Source: Lama glama (taxonomy: Eukaryota). Taken from it: DNA of 64,000 nucleotides. Under the pieces are notes generated by a model that saw nothing but the letters and a program-made list of their open reading frames with translations, searched no databases and was not told the DNA's origin. Every line of letters begins with the position of its first letter. Position 1 is the stretch's first letter. The stretch lies in NCBI GenBank assembly GCA_028534125.1, contig CM052816.1:66280001-66344000 (forward strand). The letters are read 5' to 3'. A program made the position numbers and the translations under genes. Positions 24,871 through 38,669 of the stretch are shown here, piece by piece.

Positions 24871-26559
24871 GAAGGATTGAACTCAGCCAAAATTTAAGTC
24901 AAAAACAATAGCTTCTCCGGGCTCCTGGTTTGTTTTAGAAACCTGAAGGAATTTGTTGTTTGAAGATAAAGAGGGAGGAAAGGAGAAAGAAAAATTTTGC
25001 ACCTTTAATCCCCTGGTTCACGTCCAGGTTATGCCTGGCCACATGCCCAAACATGCCCATCGGCTGAGCACCTTCATGAAAACACAGCAGACTTATTACT
25101 GCATTTGCTTTTCTTTCACCTAAAGCAAGTGCTACGTGGAAAGCACGTGGCCTCTTTGCTTTCTCAGTCATTTGTGGGAGGACTACTTAATACACAAAAA
25201 ATGGTTTTCTGGGTTCTCCTAAGAGCTTCGGTAAAAGCAAACAATTACTTATCTGAAATATCCTAATATAAAGATTATGCTTCTTTGGAAGAAAATACAA
25301 ATTCATCTTGGTGTGACAGGCACTGGAGAAAATCTTTCTGTTCTAAATGGCTCACACATGTTTCTTTATTCCTGCACTTCAGATATTCAGTCTTTTGAAA
25401 GATTCAAGTATCAGTTTGGATTTTTTTCACCATACAAACTAACATACTTTTAGCTCTGCCAAGCTGGAGGTGGACATATTTTTTAAACTTTCAACTGAAA
25501 TAAGTTCTCTGGATGAGCACATCAAATGTCAATTTCTTAAAAATCTTATCTCTGTTACAGATACAATTTGGGGGATATTTGTGCTTTATAAACATCTATG
25601 CATGTGTGTTGGGCTCTTAATTAGTTTCTAAAAAGGAGAAGACGGAATAAGTGTCAGAATATATATCCTGACAATGCCAGCACCACACTGATGAGAAAAA
25701 TAAATGAAGCCAAAAGGAATAGCTATGAATATGCGTTGGAAATCAAGAGGAATCAGTAGTTTCCTATCAGGAAAGAAGTGAGACAACTGAAATAAATATC
25801 AGTATAGGACATAATACGATTGAAGGCTGCTGCAAAGAAAAAAACCTTCACGTTGCAAATCTGAAAGGCAAGTGTGGCCCTAGAACCTAGCTCTTAAGAA
25901 ATAATTCTTATCCTTCTATGTTCTGTTCAGGTTTCGAAGGCAATGAAAGCTTTCTGGGTGTAAGACTGACATTCCTAGTGAAGTACTGATGGATTCAGAC
26001 CTTTGCATGACTTACATTCCAATAGTATGTTAGGATTCTCAAATCTAACCTACTTCAGAAATGCGAAGTTTGAAAAATTGTTATTATTGTGGAGATGATT
26101 TCTGAGCAGGACAAAAAAAAAGCCTCATTTTCATGTTTGGGCTGATTTCAAAAAAAGTAGTATGTAACAGTCACTACAAAGGAATATTTTATGTTTAATT
26201 ACTGGAGTAAACATTTGCTTTGATGGCCACAGTCAAAGACTAGCAGTTGTACATAGAATAACAGTGGACATAGTGACTGTTCGCATTTGGAGTTGTTACT
26301 TATTTGCAATGAGACATTAAAGTGTGCCCTAAGAAATTCTGGGGACAACCTAAGATAGAAGGTTTGGGCTAGGGTACTAGAGGAGGCAGAGGGCATGCAG
26401 ATTTTTCATGGGAGTTGAAGGCATCGTGCCATGGAATGGGACACGCAAGCAGGTAGAGAGAGGAGCCCCACTCGCTCCTGGGATGCTTTCTTCCAAGGCT
26501 CGCCCACTTAACCAGTTGAAATTTACCCCTGTGGTGCTCTAATAAAGTACTCCAATTCC

Positions 26560-27080
26560 CACTCATTCACTCACAGTTTCACCAAAGCTTTACAGACATC
26601 ACACCTTTCAGTCATGAGGATAACGATGAAAGAGGATGCAGTGTTTCTCCCTTTGGTAGCTTTCAGGCCAAACGGGGTTGATAGGAGAAGCACAGAATTA
26701 AAAGGCAGACAGTAATGAGTGCCGCAAGTAAAAAAGTAAATTCTAGCAGAGGTTAGCCGGAAGTGAGAGTCAGGAAAAGTTTCATGTAGAAGGAAACATC
26801 TGAGCTTGACTGTGAAAAATGAAAGAATAGAGACCTGCAGAGATGGGAGTCAGACAGGAGTGATGGAAACAGAGGGGAAAGTTGGATGAGCACCATCGAA
26901 TGCAGCCCAGGTTGGGTTGGAGAACTGAAGAGAAACCAGAGGCCAGGCGATAGCCTGGCTGTAGGTTGGGACCAGATTATAGGAGGCCCCATATGCTAAG
27001 GGATTTAAACTTCATTTTTATAGGTCTAAAGGCCACTGAAAGATTCTGAGAAGGGTGATGACATGAGCAGAAGAATGAGT
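26560..27080 (-). mobile_element. L2 fragment
   Basis: Antisense L2 pattern 'cattcactcacag...tcaggaaaagtttcatgtagaagg...ccactgaaagattctgagaagggtgatgacatgagcaga'. Confidence 0.65.
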
Positions 27081-29299
27081 TTTAAGCCTAACCTACTAAG
27101 AGATTCTACTCACCATTTTGGCAATTAAAAATTGAGCCCCAATGCCTTTAAAGTATATATAGTATGCAATAAATTAACTTTTCTCCTGTGGATCTAGAAT
27201 GGTGCTAGTTAAGGACCATGCTTGGAAGAACTGAGAAAGTAGTTTCTCAAATCATATTTGGATTAAGAACCCTGGTTAAGAAAGGAAGTGATTGAAAATA
27301 CAGAGACCAAATTAAGCAACTCTTACAAGTCCAAGAGTAAGAAATAAACTAAGATGATAGCAAAGAGAGAAATATTTAAGTATTGATTTTAATCAAGTCA
27401 TATCTACCCAGTAGAAGACCATACTCCTGGCCAAATGGTTATGTGTTAACAGTAAATACTAGAAAGTCATACTTGTGTGGAGTTGAGTGTGAATTTGCTG
27501 AACAGCCATGAGTACTTTTGGCTGGGGTTCAAAAATTTTTATTTGATTGACTGACTTTTAGAGGGGTTTCTCCTTGCCTGGAGAAGATAGTTACCATTCA
27601 AAGATAGGGCTGGAGTGTAATTCAGAAAAAAAAAATTTGTAATTCTAGAGAAAAATAAAGAATACCTGAATTAAATTATAGCCAGTATACAGTTGAAAAC
27701 TATGAAATAGATGATTAATAATGAAATACTAGATCTATCATGTTAGTCACATTTCCTTGGGTAGGGCACCTATTTTTGTTAATGACTATTAAACAACAAG
27801 CATTTCTGCCTTTCAAATGAGTATATCAAAAGCTCTACCTAAGACCCCAGAAGGTTCCACAACACTAATTACACCCACCCCAACCTGTCCACCAAAGAGA
27901 CACAGGCTTATTCTGGCCAGGGAGACAGAAAGCTGCAGCATTACACAGCCACTGTCTGCATTTTGCTGACTATATTGGAAGGAAGCAAAGATTTTCACTG
28001 ACTTCAAAAATTTAAAAATCAATTGACAAGCACTCAGTTCCCAAAGGTAATACTCTGAGCAAGAACATAAGCAAAGAGCAAAATCTAGTTACTAAGGACC
28101 CTGGAATAAGAAACAAGATATCCAGACTTGGATGATTTGGAGACAGAGACTATAGGTAAGTTAAAAGAAGGATCGAGACCAGACCAACATTATTTTCTTA
28201 GAGAAGAGGATTTGGTGAGATACTGGTACCCAAGGAACATTTTTAATAATTTGCCAAACTTAAATACATAAACTGTTAAGCCCCAGGTCTCTCATATCAG
28301 TGAGTACAAAGTATTACCTTTTAGAGTTCTTTCCAATACCAATCCTTAGATTCTCAGGAAACCAAATTCAAAAGCTCTCTCTAAATTATTCAGTCTCCCT
28401 CTAGGAAGGTGGGCTGTCCCATTTAATCAGGGCTGCTACCTCCAGATCTGTAGTCCCATCTTTTTGGAATCCACTGACCTTACTATCATTTTGTCATCTG
28501 ATCACTCTTGCTCTGCTGCCCCCAATTTGCTCCCAATAGGTCACAACACTGCTGACCCTCTCTACTTCTCTCTGCCTTTCAGTGCTCTTGAGCCCTAGGC
28601 CAGTAGGAGATACCTTTCTGAGGTCCACGACTACTTGTTTGAGAGGAGGTTTCCCCACCAGAGCTTTTGGGTTCATCCTCTTCCCACAGTGTCCCCCTTC
28701 CACTGTGCAAAGTGCCACCAGACAGGTATCTCTCTTTATCTGATGCTGACTGTGGGCCAGGTTCAAGTATTTTCTTCATGGCCTGTTGGTACTATGCACT
28801 TTAAGAAATGTGGATAAGAACATATTTTGTGTTTCCTAAATATTCCATACCCTTAAACTCTCCTGGAACACACTAGTAATAATTGAGAACTGGATGGCCC
28901 AGCACACACAGACATTCGACCAGTGATTCAGTTCCAGCTGAAATCGAAAATATCCTTTTTAAGTCATGGATCTATCTTTCCAGCTATCTGTCATGGGTTC
29001 ATTCTTGACAAGTCAACAAATTCACTTTTTTTGTAGTTGTTGACTCCACAAAATTCTGGGTTAAGGAGCAGCTTCCAGGTTTTTTAATATAAATACTTGG
29101 ACATGATGGTGAAGACAGTCAGGGGTTAAGAGCCAGAGTAAGAACGAGGATGCAGTCAGTTTGTCTTTGTGACTCTGATCTGTTAGCACTGGTTCGTACT
29201 CCCCTTTTTGAGACTAACATTATGAGCGTTCAGCACTGGGTTGCCTGTATTCGAAAATAGAAAGAACAGAATGAGATCTTATCATAATGGTTTAGCAGA

Positions 29300-29620
29300 G
29301 ACAGAATGAATGTGGCTTAACAAATGATTGTTGATGGGGTGCCTGGGACCTCAAAGATGAGTTTTGAGTTCTCAATCCTGTCTGGGAGAGTGACGGTATT
29401 ATTAATTGAGTAAGAGAAGACAGAAGCTGCAGGAGGCTTGGGAGTGAAGGTGATTAATTCAGTGTTCGACACGCTGAACTGGAGATTCTCGTGGATCATT
29501 TGAGTGGAAACACCCAGAGTCACCCAGATATAGGGAACTTGGAAGGTAAGTCTAAACGCAAGACATATGTGTGGGAGTCATTCCACAGACATGATAGATG
29601 AGGCCAGGGGTATGAATAAT
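29300..29620 (-). mobile_element. L2 fragment
   Basis: 'caaatgattgttgatgggg...gtgattaattcagtgttcgacacgctgaactggag'. Confidence 0.6.
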
Positions 29621-30329
29621 TTTAATTCACCACTTTGACATTCAGGTTGGGTATGAGAGGCAGAGATGTGGGCAAGCAAGTTAGCGTTCTTGGCGTATCT
29701 CATTTAATGATGAGGTTCATTCCTACTTATTTATGATTAGACAAGAAAAACAAGGATATCTGAAATTACTAGGCATATCAAGTCCGTCTTAGCCTTTATC
29801 CAGGCATTAGAGTCAGACAGAACTCGATTTGGATTCACACATTTGCCTTGCCTGCATTCCCTTTTTTTTTTAAATTGGAAATGACTTTAAGTGGAAGTGG
29901 AAGAAATAATCAGCTCCCATAAAACCAACAAATGCCTCCTCTCCTTTCCCTACTTGTTAATGATTCTAAGATTTGCAATTTGTAAACCAGTTAGATGAAG
30001 AGGGTAAACTCCTGGAAAGCCCTTACCTCTTGCTAAGATATAGCCAAGAACTTACTACAAGACTCTAGATAATCTTTAGAGAAAAGTCTGCTAACTTGGC
30101 TTGTGAAGGATGATGCTTTTACTAAGTTTTCATCCTAAATCCTATGAGATTTAGATAGCTAAGAGCTCCCAGAGCATAAATAATAAAACTCAGAAGTGAA
30201 GAAAAATATTGGACTGGATCAGTCTAAAAATACAAATATAGAGCTCTAATTCACATTATGATATAATTATATATAACACATTATATATATAACACATTAT
30301 GATACAATTACAAAAAGATTAATTTATTC

Positions 30330-30900
30330 ATCAAACATCAGCTGAGAATCCACAATGTGCCAGCTTTGAACAAGATTTAGGGATTACAAACCTGGCTGAA
30401 GGAATTATATGTAACACACAGTCCTTCTCTTCAAGACCTCCCCAGTCTTGTGGGAGACACAGACACATAAAAACTGTTATAAGTAAATGTGCTAAAATGC
30501 TATAGTGTAATATGAATTGTTTTGGATATATAGACAAATTATTTCTGACTGAGGAATCTGGGAAGGCTTCTAAGAAAAAGTGATATTTGAGATGGGTCTT
30601 GATGCTCAAAGATTTCTGAGGTGGTGAAGGCAGGGCTGGGCATTCTAGAACAAAGGAACAGCCCTGGCACCCCTACACAGAGCCTTGGCAGCTAACTGAA
30701 GCAAGAAGTAAGAAAGTCTGGTGCAGGGCATAGAATGAGGTGCAGAAAGGACTGAAGGAGAGAACCGAAAAGATAGGTTGGGGCCAGCTTGAGCAAGATT
30801 CGTTTTTATCCTGATGCGCTATCGTGATAGTAAGCCAGCGAAGAGAGGGGGCTGTGTCAAAAGCTGCAGTGAGAAGTGACGAGGCAGAGGACTGCAAAGA
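30330..30900 (-). mobile_element. L2 fragment
   Basis: 'gggaaggcttctaagaaaaagtgatatttgagatgggtcttga...gggcattctagaacaaaggaacagc'. Confidence 0.65.
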
Positions 30901-30959
30901 GCTGAGGATGTGAGAGTCTTCTGAGGTCGAACTACTAAGACTCAACACACGGAATGGAG

Positions 30960-31465
30960 GCAAGTCTCATGTTCCTTTCCTGGAAGCCTGGAGAGCATGG
31001 CTGAGGATCCTAGCAGTGCCCCAGTATTCTTATTTCCCCTCTTCTTCCTGGGCACAGAGCTAAGTTCATTTCCCAGAACTTCTGCACAAAGCTGGGGTGA
31101 TGTATCTGCATTTCGCACAGTGGGGTGTGGACAGAAGTGAGACACACACTACTTCAAGACCTGTGTGGATTCTTTCTCTCTTGTCCATCTGCAGTAATCT
31201 TCCGCATAAAGTGGTAGAGATGCCACATCACAGGAGGAGTGTGATCATCATTCTACTGGGTGGTAAAAAATGGGGATCATCCACCCCATTTTGGCCCTAA
31301 AAAGTGTTTGGAGCAGAACTTCCCCAGCATCCTACCTCTGCAAGACTGCAATGGGGTGTGATATCCAATGGGCTGGGAGCAAGCAATCGAGTTTTATTGT
31401 GGCAAGGCATTCAGATTTTGTGGTTTGTCTCTTTCAGAAGCTAGTGTTACTACGTTGAGTAATAC
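30960..31465 (+). mobile_element. MLT1 (old MaLR) LTR
   Basis: 'cttcttcctgggcacag...catttcccag...cagaagtga...ttcagattttgtggtttgt...agctagtgttac'. Confidence 0.6.
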
Positions 31466-31937
31466 TGAGGAGAAGAAGGGGGAGTGATATGAATAAAGCA
31501 GAAGATTGAGAAGAAAAACAGTGGGCTTAGCTGCACCTAGGCTGAATTTGAGGGAAGTGCAGGGGCAACTGAGTGCTCAAGAGATCAGAAGAAAAATGGG
31601 TTTAAAGCTTAGAAAAGAGGCTCAGGCTAGCCCTGTTATATCTGGATATTCTTTGAAGTCTAAGGAGTATAAAGAACCAGTCTTGATGCATATAGGTTGA
31701 GATGAGGAGCAGAACTCTGGGGGCAACACCAGTATTTATGGTGTAGAAAAAAGAGGATTCATCAGAAAAGTTTAGGGAAAGAGTGGCCAAGTGGGGAGAG
31801 AAATTTTCTCCTTTGTTTTAGTTACTTCCTGCAATATAGCATTTTAGGCTTTTTAAAAAATATAACTGGACACATTCCTTAAAAATCCAGGGATACAGAC
31901 ACTTCCCAATGAATGAATTAAGAAAATGAAGGCATAG

Positions 31938-31993
31938 TGTCACAACACTGTAAACTGACTATAACTCAATAAAATAACAATTAAAAAAAAAAA
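31938..31993 (+). mobile_element. Extremely 5'-truncated young L1 3' tip inside a MIR
   Basis: 'cacaacactgtaaactgactataactcaataaa' plus poly(A), matching the termini at 4310 and 61767. Confidence 0.75.
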
Positions 31994-33039
31994 ACAGAGG
32001 TGTAGAGAGGTTACATGACATCCATCCTTAAGCTTCTACAACTCATCAGCTAGAGAGCAGGGATTTGATTCTAGACCACTCTGCTCCAGAAAAGTAGAAC
32101 ATACCTAAATGGTGGCTGGGGGAGTGAGTTGCCATTGAAAGAACTAAGAAGGATTCTGATGTGTGTGAGTGGGAGGTGGGGTGAGCAGAATAGAGGCAGG
32201 GTGCAGTCACAGCCAGGAAGCAAGGAGCAGAAATGAGGTCAGTGTCTGATGCAAGATGCAAGGTGCTCGGGCAGGCAGAGGGGCTCCAGGAACTGAGAGA
32301 GAAAACAAGATTTGAATAAGGGAAATACCCAAAACTAGAGTTGCACGCAAGAGTTTAAGGTTGAGAACTGAGGAAACAATAAATGACGCTTACAGTTGGC
32401 ACTTAAGTCCTTGGCACTTATAGAGGGCGAAGCTTGTATGCTCCCCTGCCCAACTAAGCCATTCCTCTAAGATTTGCCAACTGGTGTCCTGCTGTTTGCA
32501 GATGACTTATAGATATATTCTGTTTGGTCCATAAAATGTTTTTTTTTAAATTAAAGTTCATTCTCATCATTTAAAAATGAAGACAATGGACATCAAACTT
32601 CAGATTTCAGGATTCTTTTGAAAACTTAGATGGTCAGCAGCTCTGAACCACCTGTCCCCATGATGCCTCTTGTGGGGAGGTAAGAAGTCTGCCACCTTGG
32701 TGGGGTCACTGATTCCCATGACCTGCCAGCCTTTGTAGGATTTCAGTCTGCAAACATTGCTTGAAGAGATAGGAAAAGGGACCTCAGGCCTCAATGGCAG
32801 TCATGATGCTGCTACACTGGCCGGGAGGGGTCTTCTGACTCGAGGGTACTTGTAATCGGTAAGGACACATTTGGGCTTGCTTTGGCCCTGGGGTTTCATT
32901 AAGGAACAGAGACACTTGACAGAAGCTCCAGGGTCTGGCTTTTGGTATTTTAGGTTATTTGCAACCTTGGCCAAGAGTATTTTCAGAAGGGCACTAGGGG
33001 CATAAAACAGACGGGAGTGAACGAAGGCTGAGGGGATGA

Positions 33040-33560
33040 TGGTCCTGGGTGAACATGACCAGGCTTCCTGTCTCTTACCATTGCCCTTTCAATTTGCAAC
33101 ACAGCAGCCAAAAGGAGCCTCTCATATATGTCAGCTCATGTCATTCCTCTACTCAGAACATTCCCAACGAGCTTCCTAATTCACCCAGAGTAAAAGCCAG
33201 AGTCCTGACCTGCGATGCCCCCAAGGCCCTCAGGATCTGGTCCCCCAGCCTCATATCCCACTACAGTCCCCTCCCCACTCTGCTCCAGCCACGGTCTTCC
33301 GTGTTGCTCCCTGACTTACACTAAGCACGCGCCCATCATGCCACAGGACCCTCATCTGGCATTCCCTTGGCTTCAAATGCAGATTTTCCACATGGCTTAC
33401 TCCTTTACTGCCTTCAGCCCACCTACCCTGACTGCTCTATTGAAAGGAGCAGCCCCACACCCTCCCTAGTACTCTCTGCCCATTCCTGTTTATTTTCCCC
33501 CCAGGCATTTATACACATTTTAAATTTGTTTGTTTCCTTCATTAGGCTATGATCTGCCTT
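33040..33560 (+). mobile_element. L2 fragment
   Basis: 'cacagcagcc...tcatgtcattcctctactcagaacattccc...cacccagagtaaaagccagagtcct'. Confidence 0.7.
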
Positions 33561-36500
33561 CCCTTGGTTAAAAGGCAGGAGATATTTTTTCTTTTTTCTT
33601 CCCCACTACTCTCTCTCTAGTGCTAAGGGTAGCGCCTCACATACAACAGGTACCCTGTACACAGTAGCTGGATGAGACTGAGCCAGAGACTGCCTGGGCT
33701 GAAGGGTGGAGGATGGAAAGAGATACAAAAGGTGGAGGACAAAAACGACAGAGCCTAATCCTAGGAGAGCTGGGGGCAGATAGAATTAGAAGCCTCATGG
33801 GAGGGACTGGCCTTGAAAAGGCAGGAAGAGAATTTTCCCTCTCAGGTAGGCATGAAGGAAGCAAGGATAGGTCCTGATACCAAGCATAGAAGGAAGAGAA
33901 ATTGACACACATCAATTACCATTTGCTAATGAACTCACTCATTCATTTACTGTACCCCTACTGCATTTGGGGTACATGCTAGGGGCTAGAGGTGCAGAGG
34001 TGATGCCCTCTATTTTCTCTGTCAGGTAGGAGCAGGGTTAGTAGTTGAGAATGAGGAGAGGGGTGAGTTGTAGGATGTTTGAGAATGAAAGGGTTTGGAA
34101 GAGCTGTTTGGGGCACTGTCAACAGAAAGTGGGTAGGGCACATGAAAGGACTGCCGAGTCATGCAGAAGGCCCAGCTGAGGTTGTCCGGTGCCAACTGGC
34201 ACAGGTATCTGATTTCTCTAACATCATTTGCAGCCTAAGAGCAGAAGCTGAGAAAAAGCAGATGGTTGGAATAAATGGGTCCTGGGGATTGCTAGGAGAG
34301 GGTGCTGTGGGAGGTCCGGAGAGTAAGGGGAATCAGCCCGGAAACCTAACTCCCCACTGCCTCTTCACTCACTGGGGCTGCTCACCTGATTTGGAAGAAT
34401 GACACTGATTGACAGACAGCTGTGCCCTCTTCCCCCTAGGAATCACCACTGGCCTCAATCAAGAGTACCCTGTATGAACTGCTCCACAAACTTTGAATAA
34501 TGGAAATGTTGATATTTACCCCTGGGGGCTCCTCTCTCCTCACTCCCCATGAATTACCAAAAGGGGGATCCATCTGACTTCCACACAGTGATGCTTTGAA
34601 AGCTGGTCCTTCAGCATCTGACAGACACTTCTGGCCCACTCTGTGGGAGTCCTTACTTATTTAGCTTCTGATACATACAGGCAGTTGTAGTCCTTTGAGG
34701 GAGGATGACTTTAATCTGATTCCAAGTCCACTTAGAAGAGTCCCTTCGTAAGTTCCCAAGGAACTTCTACTAATGGAAGAGAACTTCTTGAGCATCTTCC
34801 TCACTATAAGCCTCCATCTGCCATAACTTTTGGACACTAATTGGTACCAGTATGTAGTCTTCTCTGCCAAACCTATAGCTGGTTAGTCCCTTGATCTCAG
34901 GCTCACCTTGCCTTCACCTCTCTACTTTGACAGGTTTATTCTGTTAAACTTGAGCAGGGATCATCCCACTGTTGGCGTGTCCCTTCTAGGGCTTTATCTG
35001 AAATCTTTATGACCACTCACTTCCCCAGGTACACACACAGTGTGAATCTGCTGCTCTCTTGGGAGAACCTCTTCATGTAACACCCCTATTGGTCAAAGGA
35101 TGCAGGCAAAGCATTAAATGCCTTCTTCCTCTGGCTGTCCCTCCTTTCTACCTGGAACTTGGCACTCTCACCCTTGGCTTCATAGTCATATGAACACATC
35201 ATGGTTTTACTTTGTCGCTTAAAAATATTTTACTCTCTAATCTTTTCATGGCTTTCTGTACAATAGAACTATGATTTCCGTCCCCTATTTGTAAAATGTG
35301 AGCAATTTAGGATTTTTAGTCTATGAACTCTGGAAATCAGAAGAATGCAAATTTAGATCGTTATGTTGGAAGTGAGCCATCCGGAACAGTCAGACATGTC
35401 TGGAGTCCGTGGGAGTGAGTTGGAGTGTGCCTTCTTGGGATGCCAGTAAAGGAGAGAGAACCAAAGGACAAACACCACAAGCTTGCCGTCTTGTCTTGTT
35501 TGTTCTCATGACAATGAAAGGACAGATTTTCCTGCAGAACATTCTGCAGGGACTGGCTAGAGCTGTGTACTCCTACCCCTAGCGGTCGGAGAGAGCTACT
35601 GCATCACTGTGGCACTTCAGTCCCTTCATGCTGTCCTTTCTCAAACAGAGACTATCTCGGTGTTGTCTGCTCCTCTGTGCTAATGGAGGCCAACTTAGAT
35701 AATGTAACCTTTCAAATGTTCTCCCTCCCCTGATCACCAGCCAAGCTTCCCCATGTGACTGTATTTTACACATCACAATCAAGTGCATATTCTTGAAGCA
35801 CTACTTTGAACCTGTCAGTCCTGTTTAAAAACCTTCACTAATTCCCCATTGTTGACCAAATAGTGAATTCGCCTGATCTTGCCATTCAAGGCTGCACTTA
35901 TCAAGCCTCAACTAGCATCATGCCCCCTTATGTTCCATTACCCAGTATGTTCCTGTGGGCAAGCAGAGTCAGTGTGAGGGCACTATAGAAAGGCGTGAAC
36001 ACCAGGAGGCGCTGTTTACCAGGTGTTACCAACGCAACAGTATCCCCTCGTCTCTGCTCTACTCAAGTAGTATTCCATGATTGCACTTTTCTAGTTCCGT
36101 ATTATTTGAGTTTCTTAAAGCTTCTCTTTTCTCTTGGTGCTGACAAATAAGATTACAGTGCTTTAGCCTTGAGATACTGACTCTTCCGTTAATATCCTCC
36201 AGTAAAAAGAATCTCAGAAAAACAAAAAGATGTTTCCACTTCCCTTGCAGACACAGATATTCAGACACTACTTTGCTTCATTAAAAAAAAGAATTCTGAA
36301 CTTGAGAACATTCCCAAGAGCATCAATCTTAATCTCTGGTCCACCATAGAAACTTGTGTAACTATAAGTGTTTTTTTCCGATTTCTTTGCTACTTTAAAA
36401 CCTATCCTTCAAAGTGTTGTTTATAAGTAGAGTTACTGAGGACACCTGGACTCCAGAAATGGTTGCTATGTGCTGAGAATTCTAACCTTTACCTTCTGAA

Positions 36501-38669
36501 ACTTTGAATGTCTAATTGTTTCCCTTATCTATAAATTTGTTGCTAGATAATACTTTTAAAAAGGTATAGATACTTGTAAACTTTTTAAGCAACCAAGAAA
36601 AGGAGCTTTTTGAATTTTTTGATTCTCTTTACATTCATTCAATATAATAAGCCTATGATTCTGACAGATTATTTAATCAAACCAAGAGTTTTGAGAGATT
36701 TTGTCTCATTTAAATCACTAGTATTTAGTTAAATATTTATCTCTCCCTTGACAAATTGGAATTTCTTTTAAAGCAGGACTGATTACATTGTATATCTATA
36801 CTTATATAAATTACTAAATATATATTCATACTTTATCATAATTATTTATCCAGTATCTAGCATTATCCTTTTTACAAAAGCAACTAATTACTGAGTGATT
36901 CTTTTTTAGTAGCTTACTCATGATTTTGGTCTTTATAAAGACATACGCATGCTGTCTAATTCATCTATCAAAGCAGGAGCTGTTGATACCAAAGTTGGGA
37001 GTTTGGCCCCTGTATGTCAGACCATATAACAGGAAAACATTTTCATTGCTTTATGGGACAGATTACATACGTAGTAAAACATTTTTAGCCTTTTATAAAA
37101 CACTTAGAGTATTCATAAATATTTTAGATCATTCTTTAATTTAAAATGTGGACCTATTAATTATCTTGTGATATGTATGCTTTTGTGTGTGTGAGTATAC
37201 ATGTGTGTGTTTTTCAGAATCCAATCTATTCCCAAACTATTTGGGAATACTTCATATGAATTTTATATGAATACTAAGAAGGTATAAAATAACATATTTA
37301 AGATAAAAAGAATTATCATGATTAATCTTAATTATGAATCCACATTTGGGCTAGGCTGTGGAGTAGGATAAAACTGTGGTAGCTTTTCAAATTTTACCTC
37401 TTCCTGCTGAAGGTTTGAAAAGATCCATGGTCTTTAAGGAAGGAAAACTATAATAAAACACCACTTATTAAAGACCTTTTCTTATCGTAGGTTCAGGAAA
37501 CTCTGTCTTTCAGAAACCTTCAAAATAAGAAGCATCTGAGGGAAAGAAGTCAGCCATTTCCAAGAAAACCTGAACTGGATTCAGCCTTGCTTCCAAACCC
37601 TGGAGAAGATTTCCTCTTTGTATTTTGTCAGTCGTCCAGAACGAACGCTATTCCAAGCTGTTCCGTTGATTATTCAGCTTCTTTGCCAATATCATTTCTG
37701 GGTTACAGACAGTGACTTCTTTTCCACTTTGGTTGAGAAAATGATCTGAATAATCCATCAGCAGGAGAGAAGGCCGAACAGCCTGCTATGCTGCACATAT
37801 CTTATCAGTGAGTCATCCATAAGGTAAGAGGGAGGATGGCTCATTAATTAAACATCCTGCTCTCACCCCAGGGCAGACCATATTAATAATTACCAGCTTT
37901 ATTCTTTAATAATATTATTCTATACTGAAGTGAATAATTAAATTACATAGAAACAACCTAGCAAAGATAATTATAATTATCGTTACGGAATGAATAGCAG
38001 TACCGTTGTCCACACATTATACTTTTATAAACTAGATGTGCCTGCATTGATTTACACAGAATGTGATTTTAAGGTCTAAGAATATTTCACATGTGATTTA
38101 GCTACTGTTCTTCATTAATACCCTTTGGAGCTTCATATTTTATCAGAAATAATCTGGTCGAGATGTTTTATATTACTAGTATCCCTTGGTGGAGAATATT
38201 AAATGTAAATTCGTATCTTGAAGAATCTTGCGGGTGATTAACTTTCTCTCAAAGAAACATGCATACACTGTTTCATGTCTTGGCAGTGGTTATATATGAG
38301 GATGCAGCTGAATAGCAAGTTCATAAAAGCAGAGAGAAGTAAAAGGTCCCAATCTATAACATTATGCACTGGAAAATTAAGTCAGAATTTCAGAAGCTTT
38401 CTTAAATCCATCGAACTCTGACAACGCTTCTTTTCTTCTTTTGTTAAAGATATGGTTGTCCTGATTCTTTTTATTTTTTTAAGCAGATGTAGTTTCCCAA
38501 TACCATTTACTCTCCCAGAGGAGAAAGGGCAAGAGGAAAAGAACAGCATGTATTCAGCATTCCCCACCCCAGTCTGTGCTGGGAAGGAAGGACCAGTGTG
38601 CACAGACTTTAACATTTGACTGTGGGGGACTCCTTGCACACCTCTCGAACCCCGACTTCATTCCTGAAC

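Noticed and set aside
30252..30310. Repeated ACACATTAT units as a CRISPR-like or functional array
   Set aside because: AT-rich slippage repeats in eukaryotic DNA with no unique spacers or cas genes
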